Of a stretch of DNA of 32,000 bases, positions 1-12,371 are shown piece after piece (within the stretch, counting starts at the first letter, position 1; the number at the start of each line of letters is the position of its first letter). Position numbers and translations under genes: made by a program. Source of the DNA: Zygophlyctis sp. KS116 (taxonomy: Eukaryota; Fungi; Chytridiomycota); contig BAAFSQ010000031.1 in the NCBI GenBank assembly GCA_054661495.1, positions 27,729-59,728 of the forward strand. The letters run 5' to 3'. The notes beneath the pieces were generated by a model, which was given only the letters and a program-made list of their open reading frames with translations, did no database searches and was not told the origin of the DNA.

Positions 1-153
1 ATTGGATTATATACCAGGAAATGATCAATAAACTATATATTGTTTTATTTACACGACATATTCTCTTTTTATCCATTCTAATTAAATGATCAATCTTACA
101 TCCATTTTAACGTTTAAACCATATAGTAATCGAGCATTTTCCAAACAAAAAAT

Positions 154-228
154 GGTTTCATAGTGTAGTCGGTTTATCACGTGAGCTTAACATGCTCGAG
201 GTCCTGGGTTCGATCCCCAGTGAAACCA
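154..228 (+). tRNA. tRNA-Val (anticodon AAC, read as IAC)
   Basis: GGTTTCA..TGAAACC acceptor stem; anticodon arm TGAGC-TTAACAT-GCTCG; T-loop GGTTCGATCC; T-run immediately downstream (Pol III terminator). No intron and no encoded CCA. Confidence 0.95.
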
Positions 229-406
229 TTTTACTTATTTTGAACTAGTGACCGTATCTGCAGTTTGGTAGTTTTTTTGGAATTATTATTTTACCGTTTT
301 CGCATTTTACCAAATCCTCCGACTGAGTCATATTGTAATAGAATGAAGCATGATGCGAATCAGTCACAAGAGAAAATCCTAAAATCAAATTCTTTCAAAA
401 TTGCAA

Positions 407-1444
407 ATGATGAGCACAAATTTGCCGTATGATGCAGCAGCTCCACTACAAGCCAAAGATTCTCTTGGCATCCATGATCGAATGACTCAATTTGTAACTA
501 ATCTTCAAAAGGATATTGTAGCAGCTCTGGAAGTATTTGAAGGATCGGGAGCATTTTTAAGAGATTCATGGACTAGAGAAGAAGGAGGCCATGGAACTTC
601 ATGCGTTTTACAAAAGGGAAAAGTATTTGAAAAGGCCGGTGTTAATGTCTCAGTTATAAATTCTTGTGCTCCTCAGGCAATGATTCAGCAAATGAGAGCT
701 CACAGAATTCCGACACTCTCAAATGATACTAAATATGATATGTCGGTCGCTGGTATTTCACTTGTGATTCATCCGCATAATCCTCATGCGCCAACTGTGC
801 ATTTGAATTATCGCTATTTTGAATTACTAGAAGGAAATAAAGTCGTTGCTTGGTGGTTTGGAGGTGGTTCCGATTTGGTAATTCACATTTTTAAAAGTAT
901 AGACTCCAGCTTATATGTACGAGGAAGATTGTGTACATTTTCATAGTCTTTTGAAGGCTGCTTGCGATACACATGATTCTTCATATTATCCAAAATTTAA
1001 GAAATGGTGTGATGAATATTTTGTAAATACTCATCGTGGGGAGTCAAGGGGGATAGGAGGGATTTTTTTTGATGATTTAGATTCTAAAAGTCCAATCGAG
1101 TTATTCAATTTTGTTTATGATTGCGGAAATTCCTTTATAAAGCAATATATACCTCTGATTGAAAAAAGAAAAGATATGGAATTTACTAAAGAACAAAAGG
1201 AATGGCAGCAATTGAGAAGAGGTAGATATGTGGAATTTAATTTGGTAAACTGATTTTTTGATTTAGAATCTAGGTTCATGATCGGGGAACAAAGTTTGGA
1301 CTCTCTACTCCTGGTGTACGGATAGAGTCTGTTTTAATGTCATTGCCTCTCACGGCACAATGGGAGTATATGCACGTACCAGCTCCAGGATCTCCTGAAG
1401 ATGATTTACTCAAAGTTTTAAGAAATCCAAGAGACTGGTTATAA
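407..1444 (+). CDS. HEM13: Oxygen-dependent coproporphyrinogen III oxidase
   Basis: Motifs [53 protein letters not shown] and [20 protein letters not shown]. Introns 878-902 (25 nt) and 1245-1273 (29 nt) restore the frame. Start is ATG 407 or 410. Confidence 0.95.
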
Positions 1445-1470
1445 TAATATAAAAATAAGTTTTAATTTTT

Positions 1471-2790
1471 TTAGTAATTGCAATGTCCCAAATATCTTGA
1501 GGCGACAGGCCAATCTTTAACATTCCAGATTCCAGTGATGTATGCGAGATATCTTTCTAGTCCCATACCAAATCCACCATGCGGAACAGTTCCATACCTT
1601 CGAAGATCTAAATACCAATCATAGTCTTCCTTCTTCATTCCAGATGCAAGAATTCTCGATAGTAAAAGATCTAGAGACTCTTCTCTTAAAGACCCACCAA
1701 TCAGTTCTCCAATTTTAGGAACCAGTAAATCAGTACATTCAACAGTCTGTCCATCAGGAGAAAGTTTCATGTAAAAAGGTTTCACAGATGCAGGATAATT
1801 TGTTATAAATACAGGCCCTTTTACATACTCTTCTGCAAGATACCTTTCATGTTCTGTTTGTAACGATAACCCCCATTTTACAGGATATTCCCATGTTCTT
1901 TTAGCTGATTGTAATATAGAGATAGCTTTAGTATACTCCAACCTTCCCCAAGGCTCTAAAAATCTTTTTATTCGTTCATCCCTAGACGTATCTATATATT
2001 TTGAACAAAATACCAAATCTTCATTATTTTCAACAATATCTTTTGTAACTTTGATCAATGAATCTTGTATAAAATCTAGTAATTCATGAATATTAAAAAT
2101 AAATGCCATTTCCGCTTCCAACATCCAAAACTCTGCCAAATGACGTGTAGAAGCTGATGTCTCTGCTCTAAATGCAGGATTTAAACAATATACCCTTGAA
2201 ATCCCAGAAGCCAACATTTCTAAATGCAATTGACTTGAAACTGTCAAATATGCAGGTTTGGAAAAGAAATCATTTTTTCCACTTGAAACTTGAAAGACAT
2301 CACCCCCACCTTCTGCATCATTACCAGTTAGTATTGGAGGATGAGTCTGAAGAAAATCCTTGTCATGAAAAACCTTTGAAATCGAATTAATTGCCAAACT
2401 TCTGACTCTAGTTGTGATCTGATGAATCCTAGTCCTACTCTTCAAATGTGCAAACCTACGAAGATATTCCAGTGGTAATTTAGTCTTTGCCAAGGGATAA
2501 TTCTGATTTGATGTTCCTAAAACTTTTAATTGCTTTGACACTAATTCAAAATCCTGTCTCTCTCCTGGCCTTTTTTTATAATCCCCTTGGACTAATAGAC
2601 AAGTCCCATTCGTCAAGTCCAAGCCTTGTAACAGTTGCGAATCTAAAACGACTTGTAAGTCATTCAGAGTAGAACCATCTGATAACGCAAGAAACGTTGT
2701 TTTTGCATGCGATCGTATGGATCTGATCCATCCCCCTACAGAGACATTTGAGATTTCATTTGTTGCAGTCAAGAGCCGTTTGACATTCAT
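1471..2790 (-). CDS. SLM5: Asparagine--tRNA ligase, mitochondrial type
   Basis: OB-fold GWIRSIR..FLALSDGS..LQVV; class II motifs YLTVSSQLHLE, FRAE..RHLAEFWMLEAE and HGGFGMGLER. Intronless. First ATG at 2790. Confidence 0.9.
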   Translation of the reverse strand: MNVKRLLTATNEISNVSVGGWIRSIRSHAKTTFLALSDGSTLNDLQVVLDSQLLQGLDLTNGTCLLVQGDYKKRPGERQDFELVSKQLKVLGTSNQNYPLAKTKLPLEYLRRFAHLKSRTRIHQITTRVRSLAINSISKVFHDKDFLQTHPPILTGNDAEGGGDVFQVSSGKNDFFSKPAYLTVSSQLHLEMLASGISRVYCLNPAFRAETSASTRHLAEFWMLEAEMAFIFNIHELLDFIQDSLIKVTKDIVENNEDLVFCSKYIDTSRDERIKRFLEPWGRLEYTKAISILQSAKRTWEYPVKWGLSLQTEHERYLAEEYVKGPVFITNYPASVKPFYMKLSPDGQTVECTDLLVPKIGELIGGSLREESLDLLLSRILASGMKKEDYDWYLDLRRYGTVPHGGFGMGLERYLAYITGIWNVKDWPVASRYLGHCNY

Positions 2791-2859
2791 GTTGTAGGCA
2801 AAGTTTGACCTACAAACAATCAAGTTGAGGAGCAGGTGCGGGGTCAAATTTAGCGAAAA

Positions 2860-3959
2860 ATGGAAAATTTAATTTTAGAAAACTCTTTTGCAACAATTAA
2901 ACAGACTTTGCTTCCATCTGATGACCCTCGGAACAAGTTTTACCTTGTTATTCATGGTGACGAGGAAAATTTAAATTATAAAATTGTGTCTGAAGAAAAT
3001 TTAAAAGGTATATTTCCCAAAAAAAGATTAAATTCTAGACGTGGAAAATATTTTATTTAAAAAGCTCTATTGTATTTCTAAAGAGAAAAACTTTCAATTG
3101 CTGAATTTGGTGACAGTACAAAATCAACAAGATTTTAAAGACATAGCCCTTACGAAAAGCCTAACTCATCCAAGCGTCAAAATACTGAAAGAGATTTCGA
3201 AACCTAAACCGCTTGCAGAAACACAACAAGTTAAAGTCAGTAATAACCCATTTGATGCTATTAAAAAATCAAAGAAAGCAGGACTCAATAAAGAATCGTT
3301 CTTTGCTGCCTTTAAGAAGCACGATCAAGTGGAAAAAAATGAAAATTCCGTCAAAGTTGCGCCCAAAACTTCAGAAAAGTCAATTCAAGACTCAGAGGTT
3401 GCTGTAAAAACGGACTCAGTAGCTCAAAACTCCAAAGATGTAAAAACTAGTAATAATCAAGATTCGGTGGTTGTAAAAAAGAAATCCTCAGTTCAAAATT
3501 CCAAAAACGCAAAAGCCAACAAAAATAAAGACCCAGTGGTTGTTGCACAAAAGAAATCTGTACAGAAAAAAGCCGGATCTAAAGCTTCAGAAAAGAGTCT
3601 AGTTCAAGAAACTACTCTAAAGGATATGTTTGAAAATGATAAAAAAGGAAATGAAATTGAGGATGATACTCACGAAGATCAACATAAGGAGGAGGAACAA
3701 GATTCTCAAGAATTGATACAACCCAGGAAAGGTAGAAAAAAGAGAAAGGTTATAAAGACAATGACATTTTCGGAAGGAAAGTATATGAGTAAATTCTTAT
3801 CAAGTTAATGTGATAGAAACCAGAGATGTGGAAACATGGGAGAGTTATTCTGAGTCAGAGAATGAAAAAACTAGCGGTAATGCGTTTAGTGAATTACCAA
3901 AAAAGAGAAAATCTCAAAGTCAACAGCATTCGATTTCTTCTTTTTTTACAAAAAAATAA
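2860..3959 (+). CDS. POL32: DNA polymerase delta subunit 3 (Pol32/Cdc27/POLD3 family)
   Basis: After removing introns 3008-3038 (31 nt) and 3789-3816 (28 nt) the protein has a K-rich disordered middle, a Cdc27-type RKKRKVIKT..EGKYMKTRDVETWESYSE block, and a C-terminal PCNA PIP box QHSISSFF. Confidence 0.8.
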
Positions 3960-3961
3960 AA

Positions 3962-5413
3962 TTATAATGGTTTCACCCAGCCTGCTTCGTAAAAAAATTC
4001 ATACACTTTTGTTGCTTTTTGAGGATCCACATCTTTCAGTAAAGCTTTAGACATTGATGGCGTTAGATAACCTCGTGATACATATGCTCTTAAAAGGATA
4101 TCCTTCATTAGAAAATATGCTTTTGGGTAAATACGAAGATTCGAACACAAGTCTCGTTCTCCTTGTAGTAAAAGTGAATATGATTCAGCTTGAGTTATAT
4201 CTAGGGGGTTTGGAGCTTTTCTATGTGCAGCTCCTCCCTGCCTTCCCGGTGGAGTTATCGATTCATCTTTAGTTCGAGCTGATCCGGACCTAGCTGAAGG
4301 CTTATCATACATGACTGAACTATATCCCAGTGCTTTATTAGTTGCCCTATTAGCTTTATCTTTTTCATAAGTTGGTATTTCAGAGAGTTTAGTCAATCCC
4401 ATTTTTCTAGCCTCTTGTAATAGTGTAATTCTTTGACGCAACTTTAATTCTTCTATTATTTAAATGATAAATGTAGAATACGTAATAAACCCCCTATAAA
4501 CTTGTTAAAATCCGCCTCATTCATCATTCTAGAATATACTCTAAATTTTGATAATAATTCCCTCTCCTCTTTCACCCTTTTTTTCTCAATCCCTTGAATT
4601 TTTCTAAATTTAAAACCATTTTACTTACCTAAAATCAATTAAATTCCTTGAAAAAATGAAATTCTTCCTTTCTATTCTCTCTGTCAATGTTGAATTATAT
4701 ATAGCAAGAATTGTAGTTTTCAATAATATTTCATCTTGTGAATCCAACTCTGAAAATTCCATAGCCCCTACATATTGATCCGCTTCATTATCATATTCAG
4801 TTTCAAAATCCAATCTTCCTGGCATATAACCCTGAATATCATGATTGCAAGGCTGACTTGCAGGAGGCCTTGTAGTTTTACATGGTTTTTTAGGAGCTAA
4901 AACTATAAATTGATTTATAAATTACATAATACAACTCCAGCAGCACTTCTCCGTAATTTTTCCTTTTCAAACTTGATATTTGAATTTGGCAATGGCCAAG
5001 TCTAATTATTCATATTATTAATGATTTACTTTAGAGTTTACATAAACATCCATATAATGACTTAAAACCTCTTCTTTCCCTTTAGTTCCAATGTATTCTG
5101 CAATTTGTTCCCAATTTCCCATTCCAAACGTTTGTAAACCTTCCAAGAGCAACAACTCTTCATCGGCATACCAATCTTTAGTATAAATTGGAAAATCTAA
5201 AGCTTCTAGTATTCTATACTTGTGATTATTTGAATGATCCATAGATTCTTTCCCTTGGCAAAAGCAGTCGAGACAGAGATCATAATCTGCACAGTCTGCA
5301 CACTTGAAAATGAGTTTTAGAGTCAACTCCTTTGAACAAGAGTCACAATGTGTTTTAACAGCATAGTCCTCCTTTGGCTCTGGATATTTCCTCTTTTTGA
5401 TTGAAATCGTCAT
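3962..5413 (-). CDS. ADA2: Transcriptional adaptor Ada2 (SAGA; ZZ + SANT + SWIRM)
   Basis: ZZ finger CDSC..CADCADYDLCLDCF; SANT WYADEELLLLEG..GMGNW; GYMPGRLDFETEYDNEA; C-terminal SWIRM. Introns 5002-5029, 4897-4925, 4604-4628 and 4453-4481. Confidence 0.93.
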
Positions 5414-5595
5414 TTTCAAAAACCTGTTTTTTCCCAACAATGTTGGTAAATTCATGTTTTTTGTTTGATTGTCGTTTGAGAATGCATATAATAAAATTCA
5501 TGGCTATTGATTTAAATTCTATATTCAATACTTAATACTCAATATTCCAATGCAATCTTTTGAAACCTCTAGTTTCAGAAGGTGCCGCAAACTTT

Positions 5596-8239
5596 ATGAC
5601 ATTCAAATCAGACGATTTTCATTCAATTCTAGTTCCAGAGACTCCCGTTAAAGACTCTAAACTCACAAGACTAGTAGAAGTGTTTGGCTCTTCTCGCTCT
5701 ATTGATGCATTGTCAAAAGCATTAGAGACTGCAAATGGAGAATTGGATTTGGCTATAATGTATGCTGCTGTTGAACCGAATCAAGACATTATTGTAGATT
5801 TAGGGGCTGAGACTTCTATAGAACAACAGCCAAAGAAGAGGAAACTCATAAAGAAAAAGGACTTGGAGTTACAAGAGGGGAAAGTGGAGTCAATGGTTAA
5901 TAATGATAGTAGCAAGGACTTGACGTCTTTAGCATCGACTGCTAATGACTCTTCTTTTAAGGACTCTGACAAGAATGTTATTATTATTGCGGATGATTCT
6001 CCTGAAAAAGTCATCTCTATTAAAGATTCAGATAATGTGGCAAATGAGCAAGGAACAGATGATGAAACAGACTCTGATGAAAGTGAGAAAGAGCAAGGTA
6101 CTTTTGAGACTGCGACGGTTTTATATTTTAATTCTTGTTCAAGTGAGCAATTGGCGGAAACAACGGGTTGTTCTCATGATGACGCTAAATTTATTATTAG
6201 TCAAGGACCGTTTGATTCTTTCAAACATTTAAAAGAATCATTGGCAAATACAAAGAGGAAATATGTGGCTATTCTGGAAAGATATGTGGAAATGATGATG
6301 GGGTTTGCAAAAGTGGATCAATTAATTGGAGAAACTAGAGTATATGGTGATGCTATAAAGGTATTTTCGACTAGATTTATACATAGGAGACTCTCAAAAC
6401 TTGGGGATTTACTTCAGAAAATTCAACTTCAGGAGAGTTGTCCATGATAGATTTACCTATAAACCCCAATGTTTCGTCTCTAGATAATATCAGTTTTATT
6501 CATACTCAGCCAGATTTTGTTCCTGCTCAATTAACTCTTAAATCTTATCAACTGGTTGGTATCTCTTGGTTGTCTCTTTTATATGAGAAAAATCTTTCAG
6601 GGATATTGGCAGATGAAATGGGTCTTGGAAAAACTGCTCAAGTGATCACATTTTTAGGTCATTTAAAAAAGCAGGGAATACAAGGCCCTCACTTGATTGT
6701 TGCCCCTTCATCTACTTTAGAAAATTGGGCGAGGGAAATTGAACGATGGGCTCCTTGTTTGTCATACAAGGTGTATTATGGCTCTCAATCCGAAAGAGGT
6801 GAAGTTCAAGTTGATATACTTTCTCAACTTTCGGATTTAAATGTTGTTCTTACCACGTACACAATGGCCACAGGAAATAAGGATGATAGGATATTTTTGA
6901 GAAAACTTGGATGTTCATCAATGATTTTAGATGAAGGTCATATGATTAAAAATATGGAATCTGCAAGATATAAATACTTATCAATGTATCAAGTGAAATT
7001 TAGGCTTCTTATGACAGGTACTCCTCTACAAAACAATTTGATGGAACTGCTTTCTTTACTCACATTTATCATGCCAGACCTGTTTTCAGATGATTTGGAT
7101 GTGTTGAGTAAAATCTTCTCCCGGAAAAAGACAACGACTACCAGTACTGACAACCTATTGTCCAAGCAGAGGGTTATTCGGGCAAAGGAGATGATGACCC
7201 CCTTTATATTACGCAGACGGAAAGATCAAGTCTTGAAGGAACTACCTCAGAAAATTATATCTATCAGAACCTGTGATAAAACCCCTTTCCAAAAAGAGGT
7301 ATATCAAAATATTTTTGCCGAATCACGCCGCAAGTATTTGGAGGCAGAAAATGAAAAGAATGGATCAAAATCATCCGCAAAGAATAGCCAATTTTCTAGC
7401 AAAGTGATGAGTAATTATATTATGCAACTTCGAAAAGCAGCTAACCACCCCCTATTAATTCGAAATCATTACACCGATGATATATTATTTAAGATGGCAA
7501 AGCAGATCATGAGAGAGCCGGAATACTGTGATGCAAATCAAGAATATATATATGAAGATATGCAATATATGAGTGATTTTGAATTGCATCAACTTTGTAA
7601 AAAGTTTAAATCAGTTCGGTCATTTCAATTGAATGAAGATAAATGGATGGACTCTGGAAAAGTTCAAGAATTACAGCGATTGCTTCCGAAAATGAAAGCT
7701 AATGTAATTATTAATTTCTTATTTCATAGGGCGATAGAATTTTGATCTTTAGCCAGTTTGTCATTATGCTCGATATTCTAGAAGAGGTGATGACTACTCT
7801 TGGAATGGAATATCTTCGGTTGGATGGATCTACCCACGTTGGCGACCGGCAAGGACTCATTGATGACTTCAATAATAATTCAGAAGTCACTGTATTTCTT
7901 ATCTCTACAAAAGCTGGTGGGGTAGGCATTAATTTAACAAGTGCGAATGTAGTGATTATTTATGATATGGTATATAACGATTTACTTAATGATTAGGATT
8001 TTAACCCCCATAATGACAAGCAAGCTGAAGATCGTGCTCATCGTGTCGGCCAAATTAGAGACGTGAATGTGCTAAAGCTTGTTACTGCAGGTTCTGTCGA
8101 AGAACACATACATAGGTCTGCTGAAATGAAAATCAAATTAGATGAGAAAATACGAGAAACAGAAGCAGAAAATTCTGACACTGAATGGTTGGACGAGACA
8201 GTAATGGAAGCATTAAGAAATGAACTGAGAGGGGATTAG
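5596..8239 (+). CDS. FUN30: SNF2-family chromatin remodeller of the Fun30/SMARCAD1 type
   Basis: N-terminal CUE-like helix bundle; [51 protein letters not shown] and [13 protein letters not shown] motifs. Introns 6361-6386, 7704-7729 and 7970-7996. Confidence 0.9.
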
Positions 8240-8316
8240 CATGCTAATAAATGATCATTTTCTAAAACTGAAAATATATCTATTTACTAATTATCGTATA
8301 TGAGTTCAAGAAATAG

Positions 8317-11300
8317 TTACTTCTTACTCTGGCTTAATCTGGCAGCGTATGCCCAGGACACAGGTATTCTAGCTGATTAGAAGAAAATAAATATTACGGA
8401 TTAGTAGAAATATCCTCAGTCTCGCCAAGAGACTTCCTCTTAAAGAGCTCTTCAGCTTGAATTTCTTTCAAACTTCGAGATTTCTGGTTTGGCGAGGTTG
8501 CCTGCCAAGGAGCACTTGTTGCCGGGACCGATACAGGCGAAGAAATTTTCTCTTGGCGCCTTCGTTCTTTTTGATTCATTTTGCTATTTACAATTTTCAT
8601 GTTTTGAAATGAATCTGTGAGCAAAATAGGAGAATTTCCAGATATAGGAGAAACATGGGCTGGAATAGAAAGAGGCTAAATTATGTTAATGAGTTAAAAA
8701 CTTACAGCGATATTATTAAATGATGGTGCTTGTGGTGGTAGCTTTGGAGATTGATTCTTAAATGATCTTCTGGGTTCACGACCGGTTGAGCTGATATCAT
8801 TCAGCATTAAAGGTGATATTTTAGATAATGCCCTACCCGGGGAAGTCTGAAAGTCAATTATAATATAATATTACACATAAAGTTGGGCTTCTTCCCACCG
8901 GTGGCCGATTCGGCTGGACCTGAGAATTCATTACTTCCCGAAAAACAACTTTTGACCTAAAATTAGATTATGACTATTTACTTTTCACCGGCAGAAGAGG
9001 AAAGCCAAGGAGTAGGCGAATTCAAGGATGGTGAAGTTTTACTAGAGGAAGCAATACTTTCAGAGAAGCTAATTTTTCTCCAGGTTTTTAAGGATTTGGT
9101 TGGAGTTTTTGGAGACTTGATTTCCTCCATTTCCATATCAAAAATTGTATCATCTTTAAGACTTGGAATGATTAAGGATCTGCCATTATTTTTTCGAGCA
9201 GCATTCGGAATTTCCGTAAAATATTCTACTAGATCTTCGTTTGAATTTACAGTCGAAATTGAACTTTGATCGTCTTTTTGCATAATAAAGTCCTCGCGTC
9301 GCTTTTCCTTGCGCTTTGTCTCTGCAACGATGGCCAAACCTTTTATACGGCAAAATCCATTAGGGCCTCGGGAAGCAGAGAACGTTTGACGCTGAACCTC
9401 CTTGAGATGATTTTCAACTAGAGAAACCATCTTGATATCAACATTAGATAACGTGCCCAGTTCAAAGTATGTTTCCAAATTAGAGCAGACTAAAATACGT
9501 CAGATTGTTAACAAATTATACCAAAATCCAAACACGATGAGATTAAAGTTCTTGCCTGATAAATGACAGATGCCTCAAACAGCGCCCATACATTTCCCAA
9601 GTGAATAAATGAGCTCAGTATATAAGAGCATATGTCCTTTAGCTGGTCTAATAGCAATTCCTCGGATATAGCGATTAAATCCACTAGGTCCTGTAAAAAT
9701 AGATCAATACTGGGTGCTGATAAATCTTCAAAAAGACGGGATGGATTATGCTGGCCATATATCCATTGAAGCACTACTGTAAATAATCCCGAATCAATAT
9801 GTCTTAAGTTTATCATTTGCCGGTTATTTTCGTCATATTTTACATCCCATTGAAAACGATTGTCACCCAATATGGCCGAAAAAAACGGCGACCGAGCAGA
9901 TAAGATAACCGCATGACCATAAATCTCCTGATTTTTCATATTGAATATGATATCCGTGTACTGATTTGATTTGAATAAATTTAAAAACTGCGAATTATAT
10001 AGATGCCTATGAGACGATGAAGTTGAGTATAATAAAATTTCTGCATGATCCAATTCAAGCAGCTTTACAAATTCAGAAAAATCATTATATATCCTTTCTT
10101 TGGTAATAGAGCCGTCTATTTTGCATGAGCCAGAAGAAGGCTTCAAAGGCATATCAAATGTTTTCTGAAAGTTTCCGCTATACAAATATTCTAGAGCCAT
10201 TTTAATTGACACAATATTAAAATGATGAAATACAATCGTGTCAATCCCTTCAATCTTGCTATAAGTAAAAGTGCGGCATAAGGATGAACTATTTTCAAAA
10301 AGTTTTTCAAAAAAGGTACTTCTAGTCGACAGTACCGCTTTATGGCAAAAAATGGAACTATTATCCATTGAACAAATTTTGATATCCGCTAAAGACACTT
10401 GAGGAGCGAGTCTATTGACTGCTTCAAAAGATGATTTCATATCCTGGCGAAAACAACTATCTTCAGAAGGTAAATAAAATCGTTTAGAATCGGCCCGAAC
10501 AGCATAATAAGCACCTGAAGAACTGGCGGCAACAAAACGAATATGATGCAACCTTGAGATTTTTGAAAACTTAAACATACTTGATTTGTAAGTTTTAGAT
10601 GCGTTTTTCACGGAAGCCCTTTTCTTCCCTATATAAACATGTCCGCTTTGGGTAACAATCAAAATTGTAGAATCAATCCCTATAGCAACATCAAGAGCCT
10701 TCAACGCTGAATTTCGAGCATTCCATATACGGACAGGCTCATGCTGTGGTAAAAGATGCTGTTCCCATGCGTCACCAAACTCCTTTGAAGGAGGGACCCA
10801 CAAATATACATCGCCATCACTTGTAATCACAGAATACTGGTAAAGTCCTGAAATAAGTTTGTTGAAGCGGGTGGGCAATATATTGCGTCTAACAAAAGGA
10901 GAAAAAGTGGCCGGTCCAGTTTGTATATTCACTTTAACGTATTCATAATTCATAAATACGTAAACTTCAGAATTTTCAGTAAGAATAGCTGTAGAAGTAT
11001 TAGTTACAGCAACATTGGAGATTTGTTGATTAGGAAAATTTGTAACCTTTCGAGGAATCCAATTTATTCCCAAAGATTTATACCCTTTTTAAGTTAGTTT
11101 TTACAAATACCTAGCTGTCCATTATTAGTCCCCCAACAGAATAAATTACCACAATCACTTATAGCAGCAGAATGAAATTTAGACCCAGCAGCCGCAAGAA
11201 TTCGAACTTTTTTCAATCCATGCGTGATTAATTTTGGCAAAACTTGAAATGACTCATTTTCAACTTGATAACCTAGATATGATCAAGATAATTCAAGATT

Positions 11301-12125
11301 ACCCAATGTCCCATTTTCATTATTACCCCAGCTCCATAATTCACCATCAAATGTAACAGCTAAAGTATGGTCTGGACCTAATCCTACAGTTTCTACATTT
11401 GCTAAATCACTCAGCCCCTCCAAGAGAACTGGCTGTAAAACTGATTCTTCATTTCCTAGACCTAACCTCCCCTTATTCCCAAAACCACAGACATAAATCC
11501 CATTAGTAGTAACAATGCATGCATGATATTTTGATAGAGTCACTTGTAATACATCTGGATAAATTTCATTTATATCTTGTAATTGAATATTACGTTGTAA
11601 AATCCTATTTTTTGGAGGAAAAACCAATGAAGGTTCCTTTTTTTCACTTGAATGTCCTAATAAATAATTTGAATTTGATCCCCAACTCCATACTGACCAT
11701 GATAAATTATTTGGAACATAATCTTGCATTGAATTTACACTTTCATCATCAAAAATTCCACTAGAATTTGGAGATTCTTCCTTTTCCTGTATTACTGGCA
11801 GAGTACTATTTAAAAGATCAAATGCAGACATTCCTTCATTATCTCGAATCTCCAGATTAATCCCGCGTTGTTCTAATAAAACAGCACCAGTTAAAAATCC
11901 ATTAAATAGAGCTCTATGAAGAGGAGTATAACCAGACTCCTCATCCTGTATATTGCAATTACAATTAAAAGACTCTAAAAATTCCTTTAATAAATTATAG
12001 TCTTGTAAATCCACCAATGCATGAATAATACAATTCCCCCAAATATCCTTTGCATTTACTAAATTACTATTTTTCTTTAGTTTCTGAAATGCTAAATTCT
12101 GTCCAAGTAAAACATGCCAATCCAT
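8317..12125 (-). CDS. Ankyrin + RCC1-repeat + tandem BTB protein (IBTK / S. pombe Btb1-like)
   Basis: Ankyrin DEESGYTPLHRAL; RCC1 repeats WSWGSNSNYLLG, CGFGNKGRLGLG, WGNNENGTLG and WGTNNGQLG; two BTB domains (HKAVLSTRSTFF, HAVILSARSPFF); C-terminal SLKEIQAEE. Introns 11273-11302, 11085-11110, 9490-9521, 8957-8981, 8847-8874, 8676-8705 and 8369(or 8373)-8397. Confidence 0.85.
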
Positions 12126-12371
12126 GAATAATTTGAATTGTTGGATACAGAGCAATTTTCCTAAATTCCTACTACTTGCAACTTGTCTGGTGTCTCAAAG
12201 ATTAGGAATTTATATTTTATTTTTAATTAAATTTATAAACATGTTAAATACTGGTCTCTTTAAGATTAATTTATTCACTAATGCAACAGATAAAACGTAG
12301 AAAAACTGTAAAATCCAAAAGTTCCAAAGGGTTTTCAAGGGTTAAAAAGAGACAAATTTTCTCGTTGAAAA

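Noticed and set aside
3340-3620. Degenerate K/S/V/Q repeats in POL32 as a repeat element or array
   Set aside because: This is low-complexity coding sequence in a disordered linker, with no conserved nucleotide repeat and spacers.
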